Of a stretch of DNA of 64,000 bases, positions 25,771 through 37,231 are shown one piece after another. Location: assembly GCA_013265495.1 (NCBI GenBank), contig MU058009.1, forward strand, positions 3,739,780 to 3,803,779, in the 5' to 3' direction. The notes beneath the pieces are model-generated. The model did no database searches and had not been told where the DNA came from. It saw only the letters and a list, made by a program, of their open reading frames with translations. The position numbers and the translations under genes are program-made. Source of the DNA: Vicugna vicugna (taxonomy: Eukaryota). Each line of letters starts with the position of its first letter. Positions within the stretch are counted from its first letter, which is position 1.

Positions 25771-26966
25771 TGGGAGCTCCTAATACCACGGCTGTCCTGA
25801 GGCTTTGGGAGTAAGGACAGTGCCCTGACGGAGGCTGGGTGGCTGCAGCTGGGTTGTGGTGTGAGACTTGCTGCCCCGGGTAGGCTCTGTATGGGGCAGA
25901 CAGGGCTCACGCAGCCACCGCCCAGGCGCGCCCACCAGCTGATCACCTGCTGGCGTCTGTCCCCTCCCTCCACGTCGCGATGGGCCTCTGCCAGCTGAAG
26001 GCAACGAGAAAGCTTTGATGAGATCCAATTAGGAAAACAGACGCTGCATTCAAGAGGGCTGAGCAGTTCATACAGAGGGAAGAAAAGACCCTGGAATTAG
26101 TCTAAGTGCTCTGCTCAGATAGCCTCACAAGCTAAATCGTTAAGAAAGACGTATCATTTAGCGGGACTGACCCCGGGGGCGTTTGCCTCTCATCAGCCGG
26201 GACGCTATTATTACTATTTTGCAAATGACATCTCCATCTCCAGCGACTGTGTCCCCCCTCACTCTAAACACGCATAGATCAGCGGTGTTTAGAGAGCGGC
26301 TGCCTGGGAGGAGGCTGGGCTGAGATGGGAGGAGGAAGGCCTGTGTCTCCCATGGCACCCCCTCCACGGGCCCGGGGACGGGCGTGCAGAGGAGGCACGG
26401 GAAACCGTTCCGCCTCCCATTTGAAGCTCACGGGGACTCTGTCTGGAGCGAGGGGGCGAGGGAGGCAAAAGCAGCTGAGGGAGACCTCGGGAGCAAGCTC
26501 TCAATACTCCAGAGGTGACGCTGAGAAGGAGCCAGACCGACACTGGCTTACTGTGCTGAGCAGCAAGCCAGAGAGAGGCGGGGGGTCCTGTCCATCCGGA
26601 GAATGACACTCCCTGGGACGTGACATCCCAGAGACCGCATCCCCGCTCGTGGACATGCCTCCTTCCGCAGCTGGGACCCTTTGCCTTCACCACCCGGCAG
26701 GTGGAGAACCCCTGGCCCAGGCCTGGGGTCCAGACTCTCCAACCCCACTAACTGTCCGCTGAGCCACGGCCGCCTCCTCCAGGAGGGAACCCCCGCCTGG
26801 TGCCTGTACCGACCTCGTGACCCTGAGCAGTAGGGCCTAGGAAACCCAAGCCGTCCTTTCCCTGGGTGACGGGACGCCTGAGCTACACGCCCCCAGGGAT
26901 GCCAGTTCAGCCTAATGTCTGTCTCCCCTTTTCAGTGAAATGCAAGGTTACCACTTAAGGGCAGGT

Positions 26967-27150
26967 CCAGCAATCAGCAAACATTTTCCCTAATGAGCCA
27001 GAGAGGGAGTATTTGAGACCCTGCGGGCAAATACTGCAAACACTTACCTTGGCCATGGTGGCCACTGAGGTAAATGAATGGCAGTGGCCGTGTCCCGGTA
27101 AAACGTTACTTACAAGAGCGGGTGCAAGGGCCATGGTGGGCTGACCCTCA
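26967..27150 (+). mobile_element. hAT-Charlie MER58A-like DNA transposon
   Basis: tcagcaaacattttccct..gagccagag..gtatttgag..tgcgggc...gtaaatgaatggcagtggccgtgtcccggtaaaacgttacttacaa...gctgaccc follows the MER58A consensus end to end. Confidence 0.75.
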
Positions 27151-30100
27151 CGAGGCCCCTCCAGGGTCTCCTGCTCCGCCTGCCTCCCCGAGCCCCCCTC
27201 CTGTTCCTTCCCCTGCGCCCTGCCTGCCGGGACTCTCAGGGTTCACGGGTGTCTGAGGGCTCCCTGGAGCACGAGCCTCCTGCTGAGCCCGCAGGTCACA
27301 CGCCGGCCCCCCTGGGAAGTGGCCCTGGCCCCCGTCAGGCTGCTCCTGGGGCTGAGCCTTGATTTCTTCTCCGAGTTCCTTTGAGGCTCCGGCTGGGACC
27401 CTCGGGAATTTAGGGCCCGTTCAGTGCCACGCGGGCGGTTTCAGCTGTCTGTGCTCCCCCTCTCCCCCTTCAGTCTCTCTACCCACTTTAATCTCTCTAT
27501 CCCCCTCCCCCATGGCCTCTCCCCATCCCCACCCCGCACCGGGCCCCCGCCTCCACTTCCACTGCCTCCCAGACGTGTTGACGGTGAAGCGCCCGCAGAG
27601 GCCGCCTGGGTGCTCCGGCCGGAATCACTCCCACTCCAGCCCGTCCGTTCACTTCAGCTCCCCCGTCCCCCAGACAGGGACCCGCCTTCCCCCAGCTGGG
27701 CCCTCCAGGCCTGAGCTCGAGTGCTCCTGTGTGGACCGTACCCACTCCGCACCCTTGTTCCTGGGCGGGGTGGGCTCTGAAGGGGACGGTCCAGCCCCCT
27801 GCAGCCTGCACCCTGAGGTCTCCACACCAGTGAGCCCACTGTCCGTGGGGAGGGGGCGAGGGGGCAACGGGGAACGTCCCGTCAGCGTGTCTCATTTCCT
27901 GAGGGGGCGCACGGCTCGAGGGGTACACGTGGCTCTCCCGGCAGCAGCGGCCACACCACTTCTGTTCTTTACTGTTAGCTTCAGGGGAGCCACATCCAGG
28001 AGAATTCAGACGAGTCTGTTCGCCCAAGTGAAGGAAAAATTCCAGAGCTTATCAGGAAAGCCCCAAGACAGACAAGCCACAAAACTCTCATGTTTGCCAG
28101 CCCGGGGGGCTGGGGACCCAGCCTTCCACCGGGGGCTGTGACCGAGTTCTGCTCCCCCAAGCTCCACGGACGTTTGATGAGCAGCTAACGATTCAGCCAC
28201 TTAGACCTTTAGCATCTCTTAGACCTTCTTAACCGCCGCTTTAGAGACGAGTATTTGGTTCGCCATATTTATACATCTACTCAATCGTTCTAAATAATTA
28301 TCAAACACCAACTTTGTCCTAAATATACTTCCGGACATTGGAGTTTAGAATGGTGAGCAGGAGACGCTGCCGCTCCCTCCAATGGCTCACAACAGTTAAG
28401 TAAAGCGAAGTGACAAATGAGGAAATAGGAGCGACACAAGGAGGCATGGATGCACCTGGCAGGAGGGGTTCCGGTGCTCAAGGACCTGGAATTACCCAGG
28501 CAAAGAAAATATTGTTGTTGGAGGCAAGGTGGGGAAGAAAGAACGGAGGCGTCCCCAAGGAAGATCCTGTATCCGGAGCAGAGAGTGAAATTCAGGCCTC
28601 CCGTCTCCGAGGTCGGGATTCTATCCCCACGTGGCCTCCCTTCTGAAACAGAGGCAGTCTAGGAGTTGGGAACGTAGCCCGGCTGCTGTAGGAGGGACTG
28701 TCTCAGGCTGATTAGCCGCCTCACCTTCTCCCAAACGGTGCGCATCACCTCTCGGACACCTCTGGTGGCCAGAGTCGAACTGCACGGAGGAAGCAGCTAC
28801 ACCTGCGTCTCTTATAGATTGGAAATTATTAATAACCTGGGAGGCAGCTGTCCACATCTGGACCCCTCCCCAAGGGGCTTTCTCTGGGGTGTGGGGTGAG
28901 GCTTGTGGGGAGACACCTTGCTGTTTAATAAATAATAGAAGAGATTCATAAAGTGTCTGGGAAGCACATTCCTCATGCAGAAATGTTACGGAATAACACA
29001 GGATGAATAATAGAAAAGGTTATTGAAAAATTCATAATTTCCAAGTGCCAGTGAAGGGCAGCTCCTGTGCAGTCTATTTGCCTGTAGAAAAGTGATTAAA
29101 ATATATATTATTGTCCTGTCTATAGGAAAATGTATTATTAAGTGGATACTAGCGTGACATTTGAAAAATCCATTTCATTCCATTTAGCAGCAAAGGGGTT
29201 TTGGCTGCTGCTTTGTGTTCGCAGGTTTCACAGGCATTTTAATAAGCCATTTAGAAAACAAAAGGCGATTTTAATTATGGCCCCCTGCCTCCCAGCCATA
29301 CCATTGCTCTGCATTTATAGTTCTTTTGCCAAAGAAAATTTAAAACACGTTACAGGGAATAATATCCTGCCCACATTTATCATGTCAATTGCCAAGAAGG
29401 CTACCTGACGGCTGACCGGTTTTCAGGGGCTGAAAGGAGGGCGGGAAATGGATCTGCTGGTCCAGACACAGCAAGGAACAGATCCTCAGCGTAAAAATCC
29501 TGCAGGCCTGGCAAACCTAGAGTGTGGCTGCTTGTCTAAGGGACATTCACAGTGTTTCCCTGAGCTTCCCGGACTTCCTCTGAGCGTGCTTCTGAATGGT
29601 TCGGTCAGGAGCAGGAATCCTCTGATGCATCCGTCTGCTTCTGGGCAGGATGTAGCTCCTCAACTGGAAGATGCTCATTTCCAATAAAATTCGGAGCTGG
29701 GTGCTGCCCAGACCCGGTGTGGGCTCCGGGATGGGATGTCTCTTGGATCCTTGACAGGGTGCGTTTTCTCCTAGAAGTGAGTGAAGGGGCAGCGGGCAGG
29801 ATGGAATCTGAAAGAGAAGGGCCGCATTCTACCCACCGCAGGTTCTGGTTCAGCTTGCACAGCCTGTGACCCGACGGTGTCGGTGGTGGATAGTGGGGCC
29901 GAGAGGTCGCCCAGCGGTTGGTGTAGGCATCCAGGCAGAAACGACGTGGCGCTACGGCAAGCACGCTCACAGTCCCTCTCTCACCAACTGTGTAATTTTG
30001 CTAGAATGACCTAACCTCTCTGGGTCTCAGTTTAATGATAAAAAGTAGAGCAATTTGCAACAGGCCATGATTTTTAATATTTTTGCTTATTTATCCTATT

Positions 30101-30427
30101 TTTAAAACAGATTGCTAAACCATTTGTTCTAATGACATCTCACTTGCAAGCTAATCAGATTTACTCTAGTTCAAGTGAGTGGAGTCAGGGGCTCAAATTG
30201 CCTCCTACCTCAAACCAATTCCCTTCCGCTTTTCCAAGGCAACGCCCAGGAACCAGAGCTCTGATTCCATGCGGATTCCTGGAGTACAGGTTAAAAACCA
30301 GTGTTCTCTCCCAGTTGTAAATTTCTGATATTGACTCGAGGCCTGTGTATGACCCGCTGAAATGAGAGAATGGCTCCTTCTGGCCTCAGTTTTACTCCCA
30401 CTTATTTAGAATCATCATGTATGTATC

Positions 30428-30560
30428 TTTTATTCAACAAATATATATTGAGAATCGCACGCACCCAGTGCATGCAGAACACCAGGCTAAGTAATGCTTG
30501 AATATGGAAAATGTGGAAGACACGCTTCTTGCTCTAATGGGGCAGCAGACATCCAAACAA
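30428..30560 (-). mobile_element. L2 LINE 3' end fragment
   Basis: ttttattcaacaaatatatattgag...cttcttgctctaatgggg. Confidence 0.65.
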
Positions 30561-30666
30561 CTTGCTGTAGTTCAAAACACAGCAGATAAGGGTGACACTG
30601 CAAGTAATTCTTTTGTGCGTAAAAACTATACATTAGGTTTTAAAAAAAACGGAACAAAAAAAAAAG

Positions 30667-33600
30667 GGTAGTGTTGGTCTTATAAGGTGAGTTACGAACT
30701 CCTCTTCAGCTTCTTGGAGGGTTTGAGAAGGATCAGCGCTAAGTCGTCTTCGAATGTTTGGTGGAATTCCCCAGTGAGGTTGTCTGCTTCTGGACTTCTG
30801 GCTTCTGGAGGCTTTAGATTACTGTTTCAGCTTCCTTACTAGCGATCAATCTGTTCAGGTTTTTTCCTTCATAGTTCAGTTTTAGGAAGGTTGTATGAAT
30901 CCAAGAATGTATCCATGTCATCTAGCTTGTCCGGGTTGTTGGTGTATAGCTGCTGAAGGTATTCTTTTGTAAGCCTTTGTATTTCCATGCTATTCTTTTA
31001 ATCTCTCCTCTTCCGTTTCTGATTTTATTCACCTGAGCCTCCTCTCTGTTTTCCTTAGTGAGTCCAGCTAAAAGTTTCTCAATTTTGTTTATCTTTTCGA
31101 CGAGCCAGCTCTCAGTGTCATTGATCTTGTCTGCTGTCTTTTTAGTCTTTTATTTATTTCCACTCTTCACTTTATTTTTTCCTTCCTTCTACTGACTTTG
31201 GACTTTGTTTGTTCTCTCTTTCTAGTTCCTTTAGGTATGAAGTCAAATTACTTACTTGAGACTTTAATTATTTCTTGATGCAAGCCTGCTCTGAACTTCC
31301 CTCTTGGCACCACTTTTGCTGTAGCCTGTAGATTTTGGTATTTTCGTTTGTCTTCAGGTATTTTTTGATTCCTCCTTTGCTTTCTTGAATGACCCAGTAG
31401 TTGTTCAGTGGCATATTGTTTAGTCTTCACATATTTGTGATTTTCCCGGTTTTCTTCCTGCAGTTGGTTTCCAGTTTCACACCATGATGGCCAGAAAAGA
31501 TGCTCGAAATGATTTCAGTCTCATGGAATGTATTGAAACTTGTCTTGCGTCCCAGCACATGGTCTATCCTTGAGAAAGTCCCACGAGCCCTTGAACAGAG
31601 AGTGTATTCTGCAGCGTTTGGATGGGCTTCTGTTTGATGGGATCTATTAAGTCCACCTGATCGAATGTTTCATTTCATCAGACTTCTGTTGACGTTCTGT
31701 CTGGATGGTCCGGCCATCGATCTGCATGGGGTGTTCAAGCCTCACTAGTATGTTCTGGGCCAGTGTTGCCTCTCCCTTTAGGTGCATTAATCATTACTTT
31801 ATATATATTTTGATGCTTCTGTGTTACTTGCAGTTATATAAGACCTGTTGTATCTCCTGATGAATCGTCCTCTTTATATACGCCTGTTGTTGTCTCTTGT
31901 TACCTTTTTCGGCTGGTGGGAGTGTGGCTTCCCACCCACTTTCTTTTGGCCGCCATTTGCTTCAAGAACCATCTTCCAGCCCTTCACTGGAGCCAACGCT
32001 TGTCCTCAGAGCTGAGCTGAGCTCCCTGGAGGCGGCACAGAGCTGGGGCTTGCTTTACAGTCAGCTCCCCACTCTGTGTCTTTTGAATGGTGAATTCAGT
32101 CCATTCACTCTTAGGGTGATTATTGATAAATGAAGAATCCGTGCTGCCATTTTGTCTTTTGTTTTCTGGTTGGTCTGTTTCTCCACTGTTTCTTTTTCCT
32201 TGTGTCTGTGTCTGCCACTTTAAGTTGGTGGCTTTCTATGATTTTCTTCTTAATTTTCTCTTTTTCATGTTCTGTGTCTCTGCACTAGATGTACATTTTG
32301 TGATTACCATGAGGCTTGTGTAAAATGTTTCATAGATAAAATCATCCTTTTTCTGCTGACACCGTCTTATCTCCATTTGCCTGCTGGGGTTCTGTCCTTT
32401 TCCTTTTCCACGTTTGTGTTTTTGTTGTCTCAGATTATCCCCTTTTTATGTTGTGAGTTTGTTACCAAATTGAAATAACTGTGGTTGTTTTTACTGCTTT
32501 AACCTTTATTCTATAATTGTTTAGCAACCTATTCTGATATAAAGTTGCAATTTTCTGTTTCTGTCTGTCTATTGATCACCTTACTCAAAGTCTGTGTACT
32601 TCTGAATTTTTGTTTCTGGTAGAAGAGCTCCTTTCCACAGGTCTTGTGAGACAGGTCCAGTGGTGATGAACTCCCTCAGCTTTTGTTTGTCTGGGAAAGC
32701 CTTTATTTCTCCTTTGTATCTGAAGGATAACTTTATCAGATAGATGCTCTTGACTGACACTTTTTATCTTTCAGTATTTTGAGTCTGTCATTCTACTTTC
32801 TCCTGGTCTGTAGATTTTCTGCCGAGAAATCTGCTCATAGCCTAATGGGCGTCCCTTGTTACTGACACTGTCTTTTTTTTTTTTTCTCCTGGATGCCTTT
32901 AAAATTCTTTGTCGTTGACTTTGGACAGTTTTAACATCACGTGTCTTGGAGAAGATCTCTTTGCGTCGAGATAGTTAGGCGTTCTCTGAGCTTCGTGGGC
33001 TTGTCTGTCCAGCCCCTTCCCCAGGTCCGGGACGTTCTCAGCTGTTGTTTCTTTCAGTGAGCTCTCTGCCCCCTTCCCCCTCCTCTCCTGGGAGACCCGC
33101 CATCGTAGGTCGCTCTTCCCGATGGACTAGAGTGGCGCTCATAGGATTTCCTGTTCTTATATCTTGGCTCTCTAGCCTCTTCTCCCTGAGTCATGTCTAG
33201 ATTCTGTCTCTGAGCTCACCAACTCTCTTCTGCACGGCCTTCTCTCCTCGCCATGCTTTCTATCGCGTTCTCCACCTCACTTGTGGAGTTTCCCGGCTCC
33301 AGAATTTTGGTTTGGTTCTTTTTTAGCATTTCAGTCTCTGATAAAGTCCTCCTCCTGTTCGTTAATTTTATTCCTGAGCTCACTGACCTGCCTTTCAGAG
33401 TTTTCTTTTAGCTCGTTGAGTTTCCTCATGACGGCGATTTTGGATTCTCCGTCAGTTAGATCCCCGTGTCCCATGGCTTAAGTTTGGTTTCTGGAGAATT
33501 GTCATCTTCTTGTGACACCGAGTGTCACCATGATCATGCATGGTGTTGGGTGAGTTGTTCCTCTGCCGGTGCATTTGAAGCAGGCCAGACCTTGCTTCCT

Positions 33601-34310
33601 TAGGGTAAAGATTCCTTCACTTGATTCCAGCAACTCAATGGGTTGGTAGAGGCCTTTCTTTTGGTTTCCAGTAGGTGGCGCTACATCAGTTTTTTTTGCT
33701 GGGGGAGGTTTCTCACCTGAGCTGCCTTGGGTTCTGCTCCATAACCTGCACCTCCCACTCTCCACTGTCTCTGCTGAAGATGTGCCTGGTGCCCTGTTGC
33801 TGCTGGTTGCAGCTGTCGCTGGTGTTGCCATTGGGGTCACTGGCATGAGAGGTGCTTCCACCTTGTTCAGGGTTGCCTGGGTGGCAGGCACCATCTTGGC
33901 AGGGGTTGTGGGTGCCCCCTCTGAATCTGGGGTTGGTTGTCGGGTTCATGAGTGACACTGCGGTGGCCAGAGAGGCTGGACTTACTGCTGCCGCCAGGGC
34001 CAGAGGGACCAAGGTTGCAGGCCCCGCTGCCACTTGCACCGTTCCCTGTGGCCGTGGACGCTGCTGCAACTGCCTCCTCTGCTCCCAGGTTCTCTGGGGC
34101 TGTGGGCTCAGCTCCTGACCCGGGCAGTAGGGGCCAGGATCACAGGCACCACCTCCTGTTTCCCCAGCACTGCCTCCTTTAGAGGTGCAGGTGTGTGGGT
34201 CCTGGTGTGCTGGGCACAGACACCTTTGCTGAGTTATGGATGTCTTGCTGGTTGTAGACTGAAGGGGAGAGACAAAGGGTGCACTCACCCACCATGCTGT
34301 GACGTCCCTC
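30667..34310 (-). mobile_element. L1 LINE 5' half: GC-rich 5' region, ORF1 relic, inter-ORF spacer, ORF2 endonuclease to the start of RT; 3'-truncated
   Basis: Minus-strand ORF2 ATG at 32150 gives MAARILHLSIITLRVNGLNSPFKRHRV (L1 EN start). ORF1 C-terminus KLSFRYKGEIKAFPDKQKLREFITT lies near 32650-32735. YQNLQATAKVVPRGKF lies near 31300. The element ends at NSPYKTNTT (~NSFYEASIT) at ~30667. Confidence 0.92.
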
Positions 34311-34319
34311 CTTCCTCAG

Positions 34320-36520
34320 TAATTTCTGAACAGCTTGGCCAGGATGTCATTCACATGCCTTACAATTCACAGGTTTAAACTGTGCAACTCAGCGGTGTTT
34401 AGCATATTGACAGAGCGGTGTAACCATCAGCACAGTCATTTCTGAAGCATTTTCAGCGTCCGTAAGGAAGCCCGGCACTCATCAGCAGTCACCCTTGGCA
34501 TCCCCCTCGCCCTCAGTCCGAGGCAACCACTGGTCCGCTGCTGTCCCTGCAGCGTTGCCTGTTCGGGGCTTCGCATGTAAATGGAGTCATGCAAGTTGTG
34601 GTCTCTTGTGGGCATCATTTTTTCTAAGGTTATCTATGTTGTAGTGTGTATCAACACTTCATTCTTTTTTATGGCCAAATAATATTCCACCACACAGACA
34701 TACTACATTTTGTCTAACGCTCAGCAGGATGAAATTTGCATCATCTTCACCTTTTATCTCTAGTAAGTAACCCTGCTGTGAACAAGTATGTGCAAGTTGT
34801 AGTGTGGATGTAGGTTTTCATTTCTCACGCGTACATGCCTAAGAGTGGCTGTGTTAGGTCATAGGGTACCTCTATGTTTAAAATTTTTAAGAACTACCCA
34901 ACTGTCTTCCAAAGGCACCATTTAACCATCCCATCCTTAATGGACGAGGGTTCCGGTGTCTCCACACCAGTCCTAACGCTTGTTATTACGTGTCATTTTT
35001 CTGATAACCCCCCTGGTGAGTGTGTGGCGATATCTCCCCGTCACTTTGTTTCGAGTTGTCCTAATGACTAATGACGCTGCGCGTATTTTCATGTGCTTAT
35101 TGGCCGTGTGCACATCCTCTTTGAGGAAGTGTCTCTTCAGATCCTTCGCCCATTTTTTAGATTGATTTTTGTCCTTCTGTGATTGAATTGTGAGAGGCTT
35201 TTCTTCTGAATACGCTGGACGCCAGTCCCCAATCAGATACACGATTGGCAGGCGCTCTTCTGTTCTGCGGTTCCCGTTTCACTTTCCTGATGCTGTCCTT
35301 TGAAGCGCAAAAGTTTTGACGTTTGATTAAGTTCAGCGTATCTGTTTTTTTCTCCCCCCCCTTTGTTGTGTTTTATTGTCACATGTAAGAAGCTATTCCT
35401 TAATACAAGGTTTCGATATTTACTCCTATGTTTGGCTTCTATGTCTGGGCCCATGACACGTTCTGAGGTAACTTTTGTGGACAATGTGAGAGAGGAGCCC
35501 AAATTAATTCTTCTGTGCCCACATATCCAGTTGTCACAGCACCATTTGCTGAAAAGACTCTTCTTTTTCCACGTTGAACTTTCTTGGCGTATTTGTCAAA
35601 AACCAGTTGACCATCGATCGGAGGGTCTGATTTCTGGACGCTGGATTCTGCTGGTCTGTGTGTCTGACCTTGTGTGGGTGGTGAACTGCTGTGATGACTA
35701 CAGACTTGTAAACGGCTGTGAAATCAGGAAACGCGAGTCCTCCAACTTTGTTCTTCTTTCTCAGGATCGTCCTGGCGCTTCTGGATGTCTTGCGTTTCCG
35801 TGTCAGTTTTAGAATCAGCTTGTTCATTTCTGACCACCCTCCCCTCCCCTCAAAAAGCATCTGGGGGTTTTCTAGGAATGATGTTGAATCTGTTGATAAA
35901 TTTGGAAGTTTAACATCGAAACCGCATGAAGTTTTCCAATTCATGAACACAGAATGACTTTCCATTTACTTAGGTCTTTTAAAATTTCTTTCAGCAATGT
36001 TTTGTAGTGTTCAGAGTGCCAATCTTCCATTTCTTATTTAAAATTATCCCTGAGTATTTTATTCTTTTTGTTTCTATTATAAATGGAACGATCTCCTTAA
36101 TTTTGCTTTTGGATCGTTCATGGCTAGTGTCCAGAAGTTGAATTTATTTTTGTCTGTCTATCATGCACCCTGTGACTTTGCCGAATTCCTTTCTCAATTC
36201 TAACAGTTTCTCGGCGGTTTCCTTAGGCTGACCTCTACGTAAATCATGTCGCCTGCAAACAGAGGTGGTTTAACTGGTCCCTTTTCAATCTAGGTGCCCT
36301 CTGTCTTTCCCGCCCAACTGCTCTGACTGGAAGCTCCGGTGCGAGGTTGACCGTAAGCGGCGAGAGTGGGCCCCCTGCCCTGTTCCTGGTCTTGGAGGGG
36401 AGCTTCAGTCTCCCGTCAGGAAGGACGGTGGTAACCGTGGGTGTTTCATGGGTGCCCCGTGTCGGGATGAGGATGTTTCCTTCTGTTCCTGTTGTTTTTT
36501 TCTTTTGATTGTCATGTAAA
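34320..36520 (-). mobile_element. L1 LINE 3' half (L1MB-like 3' UTR, ORF2 RT to C-terminus); 5'-truncated
   Basis: GTEGNILIPTRGTHETPT...GGPLSPLTVNLAPE (RT), ILRKKNKVGGLAFPDF..YKSVVI and KWAKDLKRHFLKEDVHTANKHMK. The L1MB-type 3' UTR acaattcac..tttaaactgtgcaactcagcggtgtttagcatatt lies at 34360-34410. Confidence 0.92.
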
Positions 36521-36639
36521 GGCATCTTCTTCCATGTTAAGTCAGCTTACAGGTCTCTGCTTAGAGAGCCCTGATCTCAGCTCCTTGGAGCCCCCTGGAC
36601 ATCGTCTGAAGCCCCCCTTTGTGATCACGGCTTCAGTCC

Positions 36640-36840
36640 TGTGCTTCTTTTATATTACTTATTACAGATGTTTTTCACCTTCTTTGTTTTGTTTTGTTTC
36701 TCTGTCCTAACACATCCGTGAAACTCTCCCCAGGAAGGTGGGGACCAAGGTACCGAGTTCCCTCTGTAGTTTCAGATTCTGCCACACTTCCTGGCAGATA
36801 GCAGTTGATCGGTCAATACATACTTTTGAATAAATGAATG
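36640..36840 (+). mobile_element. L2 LINE 3' end fragment
   Basis: gtgaaactctccccagg...cacacttcctggcagatagcag...tcaatacatacttttgaataaatgaatg. Confidence 0.65.
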
Positions 36841-36983
36841 TGTGTCCTACGTAGGTCGGTGCCAGGTCATCACCCATTCAATAGAAACAGAAAGACTGAT
36901 GACCAGCGACTGGACTTCAACTCGAGATGGTGGTGAAGAGTCTAGAAAGTAGAAGAAAACCTTTGTCAGTGAAAGACTTTGGC

Positions 36984-37071
36984 GGGGAGGGTGCAGCTCG
37001 GTGGCAGAGCACGTGCTTAGCGTGCGCAGGGTCCTGGGTTCAGTCCCCAGTGCCTCCATTTAAAAAAAAAA
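36984..37071 (+). mobile_element. tRNA-derived SINE, camelid vic-1-like
   Basis: ggggagggtgcagctcggtggcagagc...ggtcctgggttcagtccccagtgcctcca followed by an A tail. Degenerate Pol III A box (cagctcggtgg) and B box (ggttcagtcc). Confidence 0.85.
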
Positions 37072-37142
37072 TGTGGAGTTCTGGAAGGGCCCTCCGCGGA
37101 TGCCACAACATGGGTAAAAACTACTTGAACAACTGTCTCTCA

Positions 37143-37231
37143 GAAAAGAAAGGAAGGAAGGAAGGAAGGAAGGAAGGAAAGGAAAGAAGGAAGGAAGGAA
37201 GGAAGGAAGGCAGGCAGGCAGGCAGGCAGGC
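37143..37231. repeat. Compound tetranucleotide microsatellite (GAAG)n(GCAG)n
   Basis: Long aagg run followed by five gcag units. Confidence 0.95.

Noticed and set aside
27359..28141. 260-aa ORF
   Set aside because: Pro/Ser-rich product of a C-rich tract, non-ATG start.
13690..36520. RT motifs as a functional retroelement-, retron- or defence-like system
   Set aside because: All RT sequence belongs to decayed CR1 and L1 copies with stops and frameshifts.
36984..37058. tRNA gene
   Set aside because: Degenerate boxes, disrupted stems and an A tail indicate a SINE.
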